DNA of 64,000 nucleotides from a virus: IMG/VR virus record IMGVR_UViG_3300046808_001035; one strand, 5' to 3'. Shown piece by piece: positions 48,783 to 57,950 of this stretch (position 1 is its first letter; each line of letters starts with the position of its first letter). The notes under the pieces were generated by a model. It saw only the letters and a program-made list of their open reading frames with translations, ran no database searches and was not told where the DNA came from. The position numbers and the translations under genes were made by a program.

Positions 48783-51782
48783 TTAGTCGATGTCTACTCG
48801 GTCACCAATATCCAGCTTGCCTGCCAAAAAGTCCCTCACCACCTCCTGAGCTGACGCATACTTATGCGGTGGGTTCTTTTTGTCTTCGAAACTGGCGGCA
48901 AACAGCCCAGTGGCCGCTTCGTTCGATGGAGTATATATTGGACTGAATGTTCTGTGGTATATCAGATTTTTTTCCGGTAATAGCTTTTCCTTAACCTCTT
49001 CTTTAGCGTCGTCGGATGCGGGCAGCTGTATATTTAACTGGTCACCATCAGAATCTCCGCCGTAACCTTTAAAAACTAGTGGATTAAGCTTAAGACTGAA
49101 GTCTTTAGGGTCAGGATTCATCTTAAGATACATCCCTTGAAAATTATACTTAGATAGCTGGGGATCTCTAGTGACAATTCCTGGCCTATCCTGCATCTCC
49201 TCATGTAACGCTGAAAGAGCTAACGGGTGCTTATTCTCAAGGTATTCTTTAGCTTTGGTTGCAGGAATGCCTTGGCGAACCAGTCTACGGATAATAAACG
49301 GGGCGTAAATACTCCAGGCAATTTGCTGAGGAATACTAGCCTGGTTCATATCAAGCTTGGAGTCAGGTAACAGCACTGCGCGACCAACGAGGTCGATAGG
49401 CTTATTAACCACCTTGGCTTGAAACATACTCTCCTTAGCTGATCCTCCTTGAAGGCCTAGCGCAGAAGCGAGTAACCCTTTATAGCCTTTCTCAACACTC
49501 TTTTGCTTAACCGGGTCACCTAGTCCGTAAATAGCTTTTACACCATCGTAAATATGCTTTTTTGCTGTATGTAGATGCTCAGGGTCCACGTATTCTAGAT
49601 CTTTTGCTTCACCATAAGAGTTATTAACAAGCATGAGATCTTTATACAGCTCGTTAATGTCTGCAGTTAAAACCTGGTCGCCTTGCAACATAACTGGACG
49701 GTATTGTGCAGGAATTACAGGAATTTTACTCAAAAGCATGTCCTCAGGCTTAAGATCGTTCTGCTTCAGCATGGTCAGAAAGCTATACGCTTTCACCGCC
49801 TCATCTCGGCCTGATTTTCTTTTCGAGCTTATGAAAGATTTCAGCTCTTCCAGCTTTTTATCCAGGTCAATATTTTTAAGCTTCTTCTCAAGTTCTCCAG
49901 AAGCAATGGCTTCCTCATAGGCGACTTTTGTCATATTTAAGAGCTTTCTTATGTGCTCTTCAGCCATCGGATTCGGAATTTTATGATTTAAAGCTATATG
50001 GTTATAATTGTCTCCACGAAGTCCTACCAAAGTTGGGTCAAACAAACCTTCATCCTCAGCAACAAGCGCGTCTTTCTTTAGCTTGTAGCTTAAAGGTTCT
50101 TTGATCTCGCCACTAGACAACGCTACCACATCTTTGTCGGTCTGAGGCAATATGTGAAATTTAGACCCGTCCTGCTGCACATTGACTCCCGCTCCTTGAA
50201 GGTGACTTATAAATTTATTAAAAATAAAAGGAACTTTTGGAGGAGGTGGATTGTGCCCCAACTTAAGAGCTGTCCAAAATTCGTCATTTTTTGTGGCTCT
50301 GACTGTCGCAATATCGCGCAATACGGCTTTGGCATCATTAGATAACGCTACAGTGGTTGCAAGGTTGCCTAGCCTTTTGGCTTTCTCATGCGAGCCTGCT
50401 TTGGAAGGCTGCATATTAATATCGTATGTAGTAGCTGCTGATCTGGTGGAAACTTTGTCTTCTGCGATATGGTGAAGCCTATTAAAGTAAATAGGTCCTG
50501 TCATGACATCAATATGTTTGCCAGAAAGTGGATCGTACAGCTTCTCAGTATCTTTAATTCCATGAGAACTTAAGAGATCAATAGCCTGCTGCACCGAGGA
50601 CTTCTCAGTAAATCCAGGAGACATCACAGGTTTGCCTGTTTTTTCGGCCACTTTGCCTAGAGCCATCGTATTTACAAGCCCTGGAGCCACACGAGATGTA
50701 ATACTCATGGTATTAAGCAATACATCGACAGGCTTTCCGTCTTCGCCTTGGGGCATCTGTGTATCTGGGACGATGTGTACTACGCCTTTGGCTCCGAATG
50801 GCATGTTGAGTTTATCTCCGTGAGACATGGGACGCTTGGTCTTCACGGTTACAGCTACAAGGCCTCCACTAAAAGATGCGTCGGCTACTTCGCCAGGATA
50901 TTCATATTCCCAAATCATCGAGACGTCAGAAAAAGCGTTTTTAATGGCGCTAGATAATTTACCTAGCTGAATATCTAGCGATTTCAAAGTCTTCGGCTGG
51001 AAAGCGAGAATCACAGGATCGCCGTGATGCAGCACGGTGCCTTTTTTAACAACTCCGCGACTGTCTATCGACGATAACTGGTCATTATAGAATTTATTTG
51101 GAAATAGAGAAACATACTTGTCTTTATCGGTAGATAATCCTTTGCCTAACTCCATGCGAACAGGAATCAGTTGCTCTCCTTCAAGTTTCTGAGCTGCTGA
51201 TTCAGATATAGCTAAAGCGTCTTCAAAGTTTAATGACCTGAATGGCATGATCGCAGTCTTCAGATTCATACCTAGCGCCAGCTGTCCTTCTTTGTCCGAG
51301 TAGTTAGAGGCCGCAAGCAGATCCCCTGACTTCACTTTGTCGCCGACTTTAACGGTAGGATCGTGATGAATGAAACTTTCTCTACCGATAATATAATTGC
51401 TGTGCTTGTCGTGAGTGTGTTCTTTTCCTGAAGCATCTTTGATAACTATCTTATCTTCGTCTATCTTGGTAACCGTACCGCTGGTAGACGCGTTGACTGT
51501 GGTCAGTTTGCCGAACTGCTTAACAAAGCTATTAACCTTCTCATCTTTGGGTGCGGCCTGCACGAGAGGAGCCTGTCTGTTCGTAAGAGTCATCGCCTGT
51601 AACGAAGACTTGTCCCCGATCAGTACACGAGCACCAGACACAGAGCTCAAACCTGGAATTAGATTGGTAACAGGACTGAAAAACTCTGAAGGGTCTTTAA
51701 TGCTATATTTTGCCTTAAATGTTTTTGGTACCTTTTTGAGTTTACCATTATCTAGAATAAACTTGTGATTTTTCTGGGTCAT
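48783..51782 (-). CDS. rpoBC: DNA-directed RNA polymerase, fused beta C-terminal half plus beta' N-terminal half (both DPBB barrels)
   Basis: beta motifs SPVTNLIP, GQLALGMNL, NFEDALAISE, GDKL...GAKGVV...MPQGEDGKPVDVLLN, RLHHIAEDK; beta' motifs SSGEIKEP...GLFDP, IPVIPAQYRP, KPIDLVGRAV, RDPQL, LNPLVFKGYGGDSDGDQLN. Confidence 0.92.
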   Translation of the reverse strand: MTQKNHKFILDNGKLKKVPKTFKAKYSIKDPSEFFSPVTNLIPGLSSVSGARVLIGDKSSLQAMTLTNRQAPLVQAAPKDEKVNSFVKQFGKLTTVNASTSGTVTKIDEDKIVIKDASGKEHTHDKHSNYIIGRESFIHHDPTVKVGDKVKSGDLLAASNYSDKEGQLALGMNLKTAIMPFRSLNFEDALAISESAAQKLEGEQLIPVRMELGKGLSTDKDKYVSLFPNKFYNDQLSSIDSRGVVKKGTVLHHGDPVILAFQPKTLKSLDIQLGKLSSAIKNAFSDVSMIWEYEYPGEVADASFSGGLVAVTVKTKRPMSHGDKLNMPFGAKGVVHIVPDTQMPQGEDGKPVDVLLNTMSITSRVAPGLVNTMALGKVAEKTGKPVMSPGFTEKSSVQQAIDLLSSHGIKDTEKLYDPLSGKHIDVMTGPIYFNRLHHIAEDKVSTRSAATTYDINMQPSKAGSHEKAKRLGNLATTVALSNDAKAVLRDIATVRATKNDEFWTALKLGHNPPPPKVPFIFNKFISHLQGAGVNVQQDGSKFHILPQTDKDVVALSSGEIKEPLSYKLKKDALVAEDEGLFDPTLVGLRGDNYNHIALNHKIPNPMAEEHIRKLLNMTKVAYEEAIASGELEKKLKNIDLDKKLEELKSFISSKRKSGRDEAVKAYSFLTMLKQNDLKPEDMLLSKIPVIPAQYRPVMLQGDQVLTADINELYKDLMLVNNSYGEAKDLEYVDPEHLHTAKKHIYDGVKAIYGLGDPVKQKSVEKGYKGLLASALGLQGGSAKESMFQAKVVNKPIDLVGRAVLLPDSKLDMNQASIPQQIAWSIYAPFIIRRLVRQGIPATKAKEYLENKHPLALSALHEEMQDRPGIVTRDPQLSKYNFQGMYLKMNPDPKDFSLKLNPLVFKGYGGDSDGDQLNIQLPASDDAKEEVKEKLLPEKNLIYHRTFSPIYTPSNEAATGLFAASFEDKKNPPHKYASAQEVVRDFLAGKLDIGDRVDID

Positions 51783-51788
51783 ACACTG

Positions 51789-51817
51789 AAGATAGCTGCG
51801 AATATACTATTTATCAA
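51789..51817 (-). promoter_or_regulatory. sigma70-like promoter TTGATA-17-TATCTT, leaderless, driving the RNAP fusion gene
   Basis: -10 box 6 nt upstream of the ATG at 51782. Confidence 0.6.
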
Positions 51818-52124
51818 CTTTTTCTGATTCGTTGTCGTTCTGCTCGTCCTCGAACCTGAGCCCGCAGCGCCAAAGAGCGTTGGCGATGTCGTCCGAGATC
51901 TGGTCGACCACATCATTTCGAATTTCCCAGATGGCGCAGTGAATAAACTCGTCGATTAGCGTAGCAAGCAGCTGCTTGCCTTTTTCTCGAGAGTCTATGT
52001 AGACTGTTTTTCGCTTGGTATCTGGATGCTCTGTAAGTCCCCGAGCATTGCGAAGCCTCTTCACGGAAAAATTGTACGACTTCCCGCAAATGGTAATTTT
52101 CTTTATTTTTTCAATAGCTCGCAT
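51807..52124 (-). CDS. Minimal zincin-like metallopeptidase homologue (DEFIH in place of HExxH)
   Basis: Start MRAIEKIK; G...P...TVYID......LLATLIDEFIHCAIW...VVDQISDDIANALW pattern. Confidence 0.55.
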   Translation of the reverse strand: MRAIEKIKKITICGKSYNFSVKRLRNARGLTEHPDTKRKTVYIDSREKGKQLLATLIDEFIHCAIWEIRNDVVDQISDDIANALWRCGLRFEDEQNDNESEKVDK

Positions 52125-52277
52125 AGCCAGGCACCCCAGGGTTGGCTTCAGTATACAAGAAAGCTCCCTTACCAGCAATCTGGAAAAGGCTAGCCACAGT
52201 ATATAGATGATAGGTGTACTATATCACCTCATCCACACTAGCTAAGATCACATCCACGCAGAGGTCATTGTCTACAC

Positions 52278-55200
52278 ATGGAAGGCGTAAGCATCTCACT
52301 ACAGGAATTCATCCGGATGAGTGAAGAGCGTCTAGGTGAAGACTCCTCTTACTCTCAGTACAGCGCGGAAGCTGTTGAGGAGAATCTCTGGGACTATAGG
52401 GCTACGTACGGAAAGCCATCAGCTGAGAAGCTCGCTCTATTCACTAGCGCTAGCGAAGCATTCCTCACTAACTCTTGTAACGTTCGGAGCACTGTTGTTC
52501 GCGACAAGCATGACATTAACTGGTGCTCTCCAGAGGACTATCTCACTAACTGGAATCTCCTATCTGGCGACGACCAGACTCTCTTACACAAGCTCATCTC
52601 TAGTGATATCGTATCGAACTCTAACAGGTATGGGCTTAAAGCTAAAAATCTCGAAACTCACCTATTGCTGAGTATTGGCTGCGACATGAACAACATCATT
52701 AACAATGGTCGTTGCAGTATTGTCTCTAACCTAAAAAGCCCTAGTGATGCCTATAGTGTGTATAGTCGTGAGTGTGTCGACAATCGTGCTGTAGACGCTA
52801 AGACATGCCTCAGAGCCTACAGGAAGTGGAACAACAGCTTCTCTCCTCAGACCCTATCAGAACACGGCTTTGTGTGCTACCAAGCGGTGATTACCAGCGG
52901 TGTTGCCTACAGAAAGCTATCAAACTTCAACGAAGCCAAAGAAGACTATCACAAGTTCTTTAAGAGCAACTCAGAGATCTTTGCGCGCTGGCTGAAAGCA
53001 CGGAAGATCTATTCCTACGCCTACAGCCATGAAGTAAGTGTAGACTCTATCCTAAAAGAAGAATATCGCCCTCACACTCACTTGATCTTCTACATTCCTA
53101 GAGAAAACGACACTCTCTACTCTCTCGACGAAAAAGCTCTAGAGCTTGAAAAAGAGTTCAACTCTATCTTCGAAGACAGATCTTTCAGCCTACTGAGGAA
53201 AGAAGTAGACGGAGCTATGGTTCCTAGGCGCGCTACGAAGTATGAAGAGGTAGAAAAGGTCTACAGCTATCTGCACAACTGCTATTCTCTCGCTAACACC
53301 TATCTGCGCGAGATCAGAGAAACTAACGTGCGCGAGCTCAACATCAAAACTGTAGAGTGCTACAGAAACCTCGTGAATCTGTTCAAGAACGAGGAGGGGC
53401 TAGACTATCGCCCTGTTCGCAGGTTCAACTCTAGCATGATTCCTAAAAAAACAGAGTCTCAAGACTATCTACATCCGCTGTTGCAAAAAAAGAAAAAGTC
53501 AAATACAATTAAAAAATCCAGAAAAGCCTCCAAAGAAGAAATGAAGCCTGTATCTCTCAACAAAGATCTACTCAAGAAAGCATTGTTCGGCGCTCGCGCA
53601 CGAGCAGAAGCCAGAGACAACGCTCAGTTTCAGCAGCAGATTCAAGACCAGTACACAAAGCAGTACAACGATCTGGTGGCTGGAGGAATGAACTCAGGAG
53701 ACGCTATCAAGCAGATGCGAGGTGCACAGCAAAATGCAATAGACGCTGATACAGCTCGCAGAAATGCATTCGATCAAGAGATGAACGACATGCAGGCTAG
53801 AAGAGACCAGTTTGGTCGAGCTTCAACGCAGCCAGGGTTCAGATATTCCAGACAAGAACCACAAAAGGCTCAAGCTCCTGTGCTCAGAGGAGCCTTGAGC
53901 AACTCTGAAAGAGAAAACGACAAGATCGTTCAGAACCAGATCAGAACAAACAACGATCCATATCTAAAAGCCCAACAAGACGCTACCGACAGATTTCCTG
54001 AACTAGGAAGAGCAGGAAGTCCTATGAACAAGGCTTTCCTAGACATAGTCAAATCTCAAGGAGGTGCAGAAGCCCTCAGAAAGAGTCCTGACAGAATATT
54101 CTCACTCGCCCAGCAGGCCAACGAGAGTTTGAACCCAAGCCCTAGCGCTGCTCCAACGCCTGCTCCTGTACCGGCAGCAGCAGAACCCACCCCAGCTCCT
54201 GCACCAGCTCCTCCAGCGCAAGCAGAACCAGTTCTAGAGAGTGCGCCTCAAGCAGACCCTGCCGCTCCACCTATTCAAATGGATACAGGTGCTGCACCTA
54301 CTTCCGAACCGTCACCAGCTCAAGCAAGCAGCGACCAGTCGCAAAACCCACTACTCAACAGCCCTGCACCAGCTCCGAAGCCTGTCGTTGCGTCCAAACC
54401 TGTAAAGCCGTCCTATAGTCAAGATCATATGAACGCTTTCAGAAAAGCTCACGGAGGAGCTTTTGACCCGAACTCTAAACTAGACAGGTCCAAGATGAAT
54501 TCTATGGTTTCCCAACCACCTAAAGTTCCTACTATGACTCCAGAAAAAACAGGCAGCGTAAATCTGAGCAATCCTCAGCAACAAACAGCTTTCAGAAAGA
54601 CTGCCAGCCTTCTTGGAATGTCAGAGCTCTCTGTCGAACAAGCCATGCACGAGCTCTCGAAAGAAAAGAGAGCAGCCTCTAGCGAAGGTAGATTTCTAAA
54701 CTATATCAGAGAAGAGCTCTTCAAAGCTGCTGGAATTCTAGGAGAAGCCTGCATTTACTCTCCAGAGCAAATAACAAACATTACCGAAGACCTAGGAAGC
54801 TTTCAAAAAGCAGCAGAGCTCGAAGCCAGTTTTTTCTGGGAAGGCTTCTCTAGCGAAATGCTCAAAGAAGGACAGGACGAGGATTTTTTGAAAGGAGTAC
54901 TCAAAACAGCAGAAGAGCTCAGCAGCGTTCTTGGTACCTCTCAGCCTCAAGGGCTAGGAGATGTGGCCAGTACTGTCGGAGAGGGTCTAAAGAGCGTATT
55001 CAACGCTGCAAAAGAAAAGGGAGGAGCTGGACTAGCTAGCGCAGGTGAAACTCTCAAGAACAGCGGAGGCGAAGTAGCAAGCAACATAAGCAACGCTGCC
55101 TCTGAGATAGGAAACACTCTTAAAAATACAGGAGCAGGAATAGCCGAAAGCGCGCAGGACACATTCAACAAAACAAAAGAACAGCTCTCTCCGGCAGCAG

Positions 55201-55559
55201 ATCAGCTGCGCGAAAGCGTGTCAGGGCTAGCGCAAAAAGGAAAAGACGCATTCAAGAACCTCACAAGTTCGCTCACCCCAGAAGACGACCGAAATCAGAT
55301 CATTCCAGGGGTGGGCAATCAATATATGGGTGCAGCTGGAGGAGCATTGCTGAGCGCACTTCTAGGAGGTCAGATGGGTCTCCAGGGGCCTGCAGCGTGG
55401 CTGCTTCCTCTGCTTGGAGGAGCAGCAGGATATCACTATCTTCCAAAGCTGATAAATATGTGGAAAGACGCTCCAGGTACAGGCACCCGAGCAATATCTC
55501 CAGGAGCTGCAGCCGCAAATCAGCAGAACCCTCTAATCACTCCTCTAGCTCAACAGTAA
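52278..55559 (+). CDS. Fusion ORF: N-terminal HUH rolling-circle Rep-like endonuclease domain (~aa 1-400) plus head-type low-complexity protein (from Met422, base 53541)
   Basis: YAYSHEVSV......YRPHTHLIFYIP (HUH motif II), AVITSG (motif I-like), VYSYLHN (motif III-like); C-terminal part Pro/Ala-rich with KxA motifs and glycine-zipper end. Confidence 0.65.
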   Translation: MEGVSISLQEFIRMSEERLGEDSSYSQYSAEAVEENLWDYRATYGKPSAEKLALFTSASEAFLTNSCNVRSTVVRDKHDINWCSPEDYLTNWNLLSGDDQTLLHKLISSDIVSNSNRYGLKAKNLETHLLLSIGCDMNNIINNGRCSIVSNLKSPSDAYSVYSRECVDNRAVDAKTCLRAYRKWNNSFSPQTLSEHGFVCYQAVITSGVAYRKLSNFNEAKEDYHKFFKSNSEIFARWLKARKIYSYAYSHEVSVDSILKEEYRPHTHLIFYIPRENDTLYSLDEKALELEKEFNSIFEDRSFSLLRKEVDGAMVPRRATKYEEVEKVYSYLHNCYSLANTYLREIRETNVRELNIKTVECYRNLVNLFKNEEGLDYRPVRRFNSSMIPKKTESQDYLHPLLQKKKKSNTIKKSRKASKEEMKPVSLNKDLLKKALFGARARAEARDNAQFQQQIQDQYTKQYNDLVAGGMNSGDAIKQMRGAQQNAIDADTARRNAFDQEMNDMQARRDQFGRASTQPGFRYSRQEPQKAQAPVLRGALSNSERENDKIVQNQIRTNNDPYLKAQQDATDRFPELGRAGSPMNKAFLDIVKSQGGAEALRKSPDRIFSLAQQANESLNPSPSAAPTPAPVPAAAEPTPAPAPAPPAQAEPVLESAPQADPAAPPIQMDTGAAPTSEPSPAQASSDQSQNPLLNSPAPAPKPVVASKPVKPSYSQDHMNAFRKAHGGAFDPNSKLDRSKMNSMVSQPPKVPTMTPEKTGSVNLSNPQQQTAFRKTASLLGMSELSVEQAMHELSKEKRAASSEGRFLNYIREELFKAAGILGEACIYSPEQITNITEDLGSFQKAAELEASFFWEGFSSEMLKEGQDEDFLKGVLKTAEELSSVLGTSQPQGLGDVASTVGEGLKSVFNAAKEKGGAGLASAGETLKNSGGEVASNISNAASEIGNTLKNTGAGIAESAQDTFNKTKEQLSPAADQLRESVSGLAQKGKDAFKNLTSSLTPEDDRNQIIPGVGNQYMGAAGGALLSALLGGQMGLQGPAAWLLPLLGGAAGYHYLPKLINMWKDAPGTGTRAISPGAAAANQQNPLITPLAQQ
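53481..53509 (+). promoter_or_regulatory. Internal sigma70-like promoter TTGCAA-17-TACAAT
   Basis: Near-consensus boxes 31 nt upstream of the in-frame ATG at 53541. Confidence 0.65.
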
Positions 55560-55565
55560 AAGGAA

Positions 55566-56837
55566 ATGCTAACTGTCAATCTACCAGCTTTCTATTTGGG
55601 TGTGTCTGAGGAGCTCGAGAAATTTGCTCGTTGCTGGGAAGGCTACGAGCCTGTTCCAGGCAAAGAAGCGTATAGCGAAGACAGCTGCAGACCTAAAAAG
55701 AAGACTAGGGTAAAAAAAGCAGAAGCTCCTGTACCACAGCTGCAGACAAGCGTACCGAACGAAAACCCAGCTCAGTTTCTTTCAAGAGTAAGACAAAACA
55801 AATTCAACCTTCCAAAGTTCATAGACAACGCTAAAGCGCACGAGTGGCGTGTAGGTGTACCAGGAGGAAATTCGCTGATTCAGAACTTCCTGAACAAAAG
55901 CACACCTGACGAAGTAAGAAACAAGATCCAGTCTACCTCTGACGACACCTTGCTGAAAGTTATCAATAAAAACCCTGCAGCTTTTCGAGGCGTGCAGAAT
56001 CAGGACACCACGCCAATGATTGGTAATAAGATGGCCTTCGATGTCTCGAGCATGCCCGTAAACGAAAACATACTTCCGAACATCAGCGCACAATCAAAGT
56101 GGAAGTACGCTAGAACAAAAGACGGACTTCGCCTAAGTGACGGGAATCTGGTGTATACATTTGGAGGATTTCCTGAAAGCTTTCCTGCTGAGGATCTGCG
56201 AGTAAATAGGCTCAAAGACGACAACATTCTAGATTTTGAAAAAGACTCGATAGGTAAAGGTACAGCTCAAGTACACAGAAGCAGTCCAGACAACATATAC
56301 ATGACTCTAGCTGACGGAGGAGACAATCCTACGTTCATGCTGCAGCATGAAGAAGGACAGAACTGGAGGTACAGCCCGAGTAAAAAGTTTCTAGCAAAGC
56401 TGCAAGCAATCAAAAGCAAGACAGCGCCTGCAAGCCAGGAAGCGTCAAAAGAAGCTCCTGTAGAGTATGAGAATGCTCTGCTTCTAGACCCTGAGAGCCT
56501 CCTGAAGGGTGCCGAAGACTTCTGCAAACAAGCTTTCGACCCCTCGCATCCTACGCTGAGCCTAGACTCGACAGATTTGAGCAACCTCATAAAGACTCTA
56601 GGCTACGGAGCCTCAGCTGTAGGTACCGGATTCACAAACACAGCCAGAGAGCATCCCCTCGCCACAGGCACTGCACTATACGGACTCGCGTCAGGCGTGT
56701 CCTCTTTGCGAGACATGATCAATCCTGAGCGAAAGATCGAGCGTGAGCTAGATCCAAGCAAAAAGAGAAATCAAATATTAGCCAATCTCGCAGCCGCAGC
56801 GATACCAACCATAGGAGGAGCTGCAATAGCTACGTAA
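55566..56837 (+). CDS. Putative head protein with KxA motifs and CWxGY mini-domain
   Basis: 423 aa; AFYLGVSEELEKFA, RCWEGYEPVPGKEAYSEDSC, hydrophobic C-terminus. Confidence 0.6.
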   Translation: MLTVNLPAFYLGVSEELEKFARCWEGYEPVPGKEAYSEDSCRPKKKTRVKKAEAPVPQLQTSVPNENPAQFLSRVRQNKFNLPKFIDNAKAHEWRVGVPGGNSLIQNFLNKSTPDEVRNKIQSTSDDTLLKVINKNPAAFRGVQNQDTTPMIGNKMAFDVSSMPVNENILPNISAQSKWKYARTKDGLRLSDGNLVYTFGGFPESFPAEDLRVNRLKDDNILDFEKDSIGKGTAQVHRSSPDNIYMTLADGGDNPTFMLQHEEGQNWRYSPSKKFLAKLQAIKSKTAPASQEASKEAPVEYENALLLDPESLLKGAEDFCKQAFDPSHPTLSLDSTDLSNLIKTLGYGASAVGTGFTNTAREHPLATGTALYGLASGVSSLRDMINPERKIERELDPSKKRNQILANLAAAAIPTIGGAAIAT

Positions 56838-56838
56838 C

Positions 56839-57183
56839 ATGCATAATCTGTCAATACTTCCCGTAGAGATGGGTCCTGTTGTACCTACACAGGCGGCCAC
56901 GCTTATACGCCTCATCAAACAAGACAACGGAATTCCAGAGCACAAAAAAAAGTCTTTGCTCGAGATGCTAAACTCTCCAGAGGCTTTTGACCATCTCATG
57001 GCAGGAGCAGCTGGAATGATCATTGCCAGGGCAGCAGCAAACTATAGCAAGCTGTCGAGCCCAGCAAAAACACTATTAAGCTTGGCTGGGTTTGGTCTGG
57101 GTAATATAATATACAACCATGTGAGTCAGCGAAAACACACCTCGTTCGATCCACATACAGGCAAATCTCGAATACTTCTCTAA
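56839..57183 (+). CDS. Small hydrophobic hypothetical protein
   Basis: 114 aa, two Gly/Ala-rich helices. Confidence 0.6.
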   Translation: MHNLSILPVEMGPVVPTQAATLIRLIKQDNGIPEHKKKSLLEMLNSPEAFDHLMAGAAGMIIARAAANYSKLSSPAKTLLSLAGFGLGNIIYNHVSQRKHTSFDPHTGKSRILL

Positions 57184-57184
57184 T

Positions 57185-57568
57185 ATGGAAATGTCAAAAT
57201 ACGCACAAGCAGTAAAAGCCGAGCTTGCTCTTGAGCTCAGCAAGCGAGGTTCTTCTCTGCACGAATTTGAACAAGCACTCAAGAGGCTGGACACTGGAGA
57301 AGGAGTTTTAAAAGTGGCTCAGATGGGGATGGATATGCTACCCAAATATATGAACAAAGGCGTCGACTCGGCACTAGGAGGCCTTGGAGGATTCCCAGAA
57401 ATGGCACTCAAAGGCTCGCTCGCAGGAGGAGCGATGGCTGGCTTTACTCTTGACGAAATGGATCAAAGTGTTGATTCTCTTGAACGCGCACTAGCTAAAG
57501 AGAGAGAGAAAGTAAGCCTTGTGCGCAGAGTAACAGAAAACCTACGTAGAGAACATGGAGTCTATTAA
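57185..57568 (+). CDS. Putative virion protein (KxA, glycine zipper, coiled coil)
   Basis: 127 aa; SKYA, LKVA, SLAGGAMAG. Confidence 0.6.
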   Translation: MEMSKYAQAVKAELALELSKRGSSLHEFEQALKRLDTGEGVLKVAQMGMDMLPKYMNKGVDSALGGLGGFPEMALKGSLAGGAMAGFTLDEMDQSVDSLERALAKEREKVSLVRRVTENLRREHGVY

Positions 57569-57938
57569 AATTACTGATCTTCCTGGAGAAGTCAGAGCCA
57601 CAGAGCATTTTGACTTTGGTTCCAGCTCATACGAGCAGTCGTCAGACTACTCTAAGAAAAGGAATGTGCGCAACGAAGTGCAGAACAAAGGATTTGATCC
57701 TGAAGCTGTAATTGACGCTTATGAACAGGCTAAAGGCATTCGCAAAAAGCCTAGGGCTCATGACATGAGCAGCTATACGTTCAAAAACATCATTCTGGAC
57801 CCTGAGCAGCAAAAAGATCAGGACATGCTCAACGAGCTCATGAACAATAAAAAGTACATGATTGTGTCCTGGAAAGACACATGGACTCCTCAAGGAACAT
57901 TTCGAGTATTTATCATATACGGAAGTAAAAAAGAATAA
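57555..57938 (+). CDS. Hypothetical protein
   Basis: 127-aa ORF overlapping the previous gene. Confidence 0.6.
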   Translation: MESIKITDLPGEVRATEHFDFGSSSYEQSSDYSKKRNVRNEVQNKGFDPEAVIDAYEQAKGIRKKPRAHDMSSYTFKNIILDPEQQKDQDMLNELMNNKKYMIVSWKDTWTPQGTFRVFIIYGSKKE

Positions 57939-57950
57939 ACCAAATAGGTT

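Noticed and set aside
1566..51768. Many + strand ORFs of 60-180 aa in the track, and - strand ORFs beyond 54.9 kb
   Set aside because: They are antisense shadows of long motif-bearing genes, with no start context and unnatural composition
47237..52277. Group I/II introns or inteins explaining the RNAP splits
   Set aside because: The gaps are filled with ordinary ORFs; fragments have their own ATGs and, for two of them, promoters; no intein C/S...HN termini, LAGLIDADG, HNH or RT motifs seen
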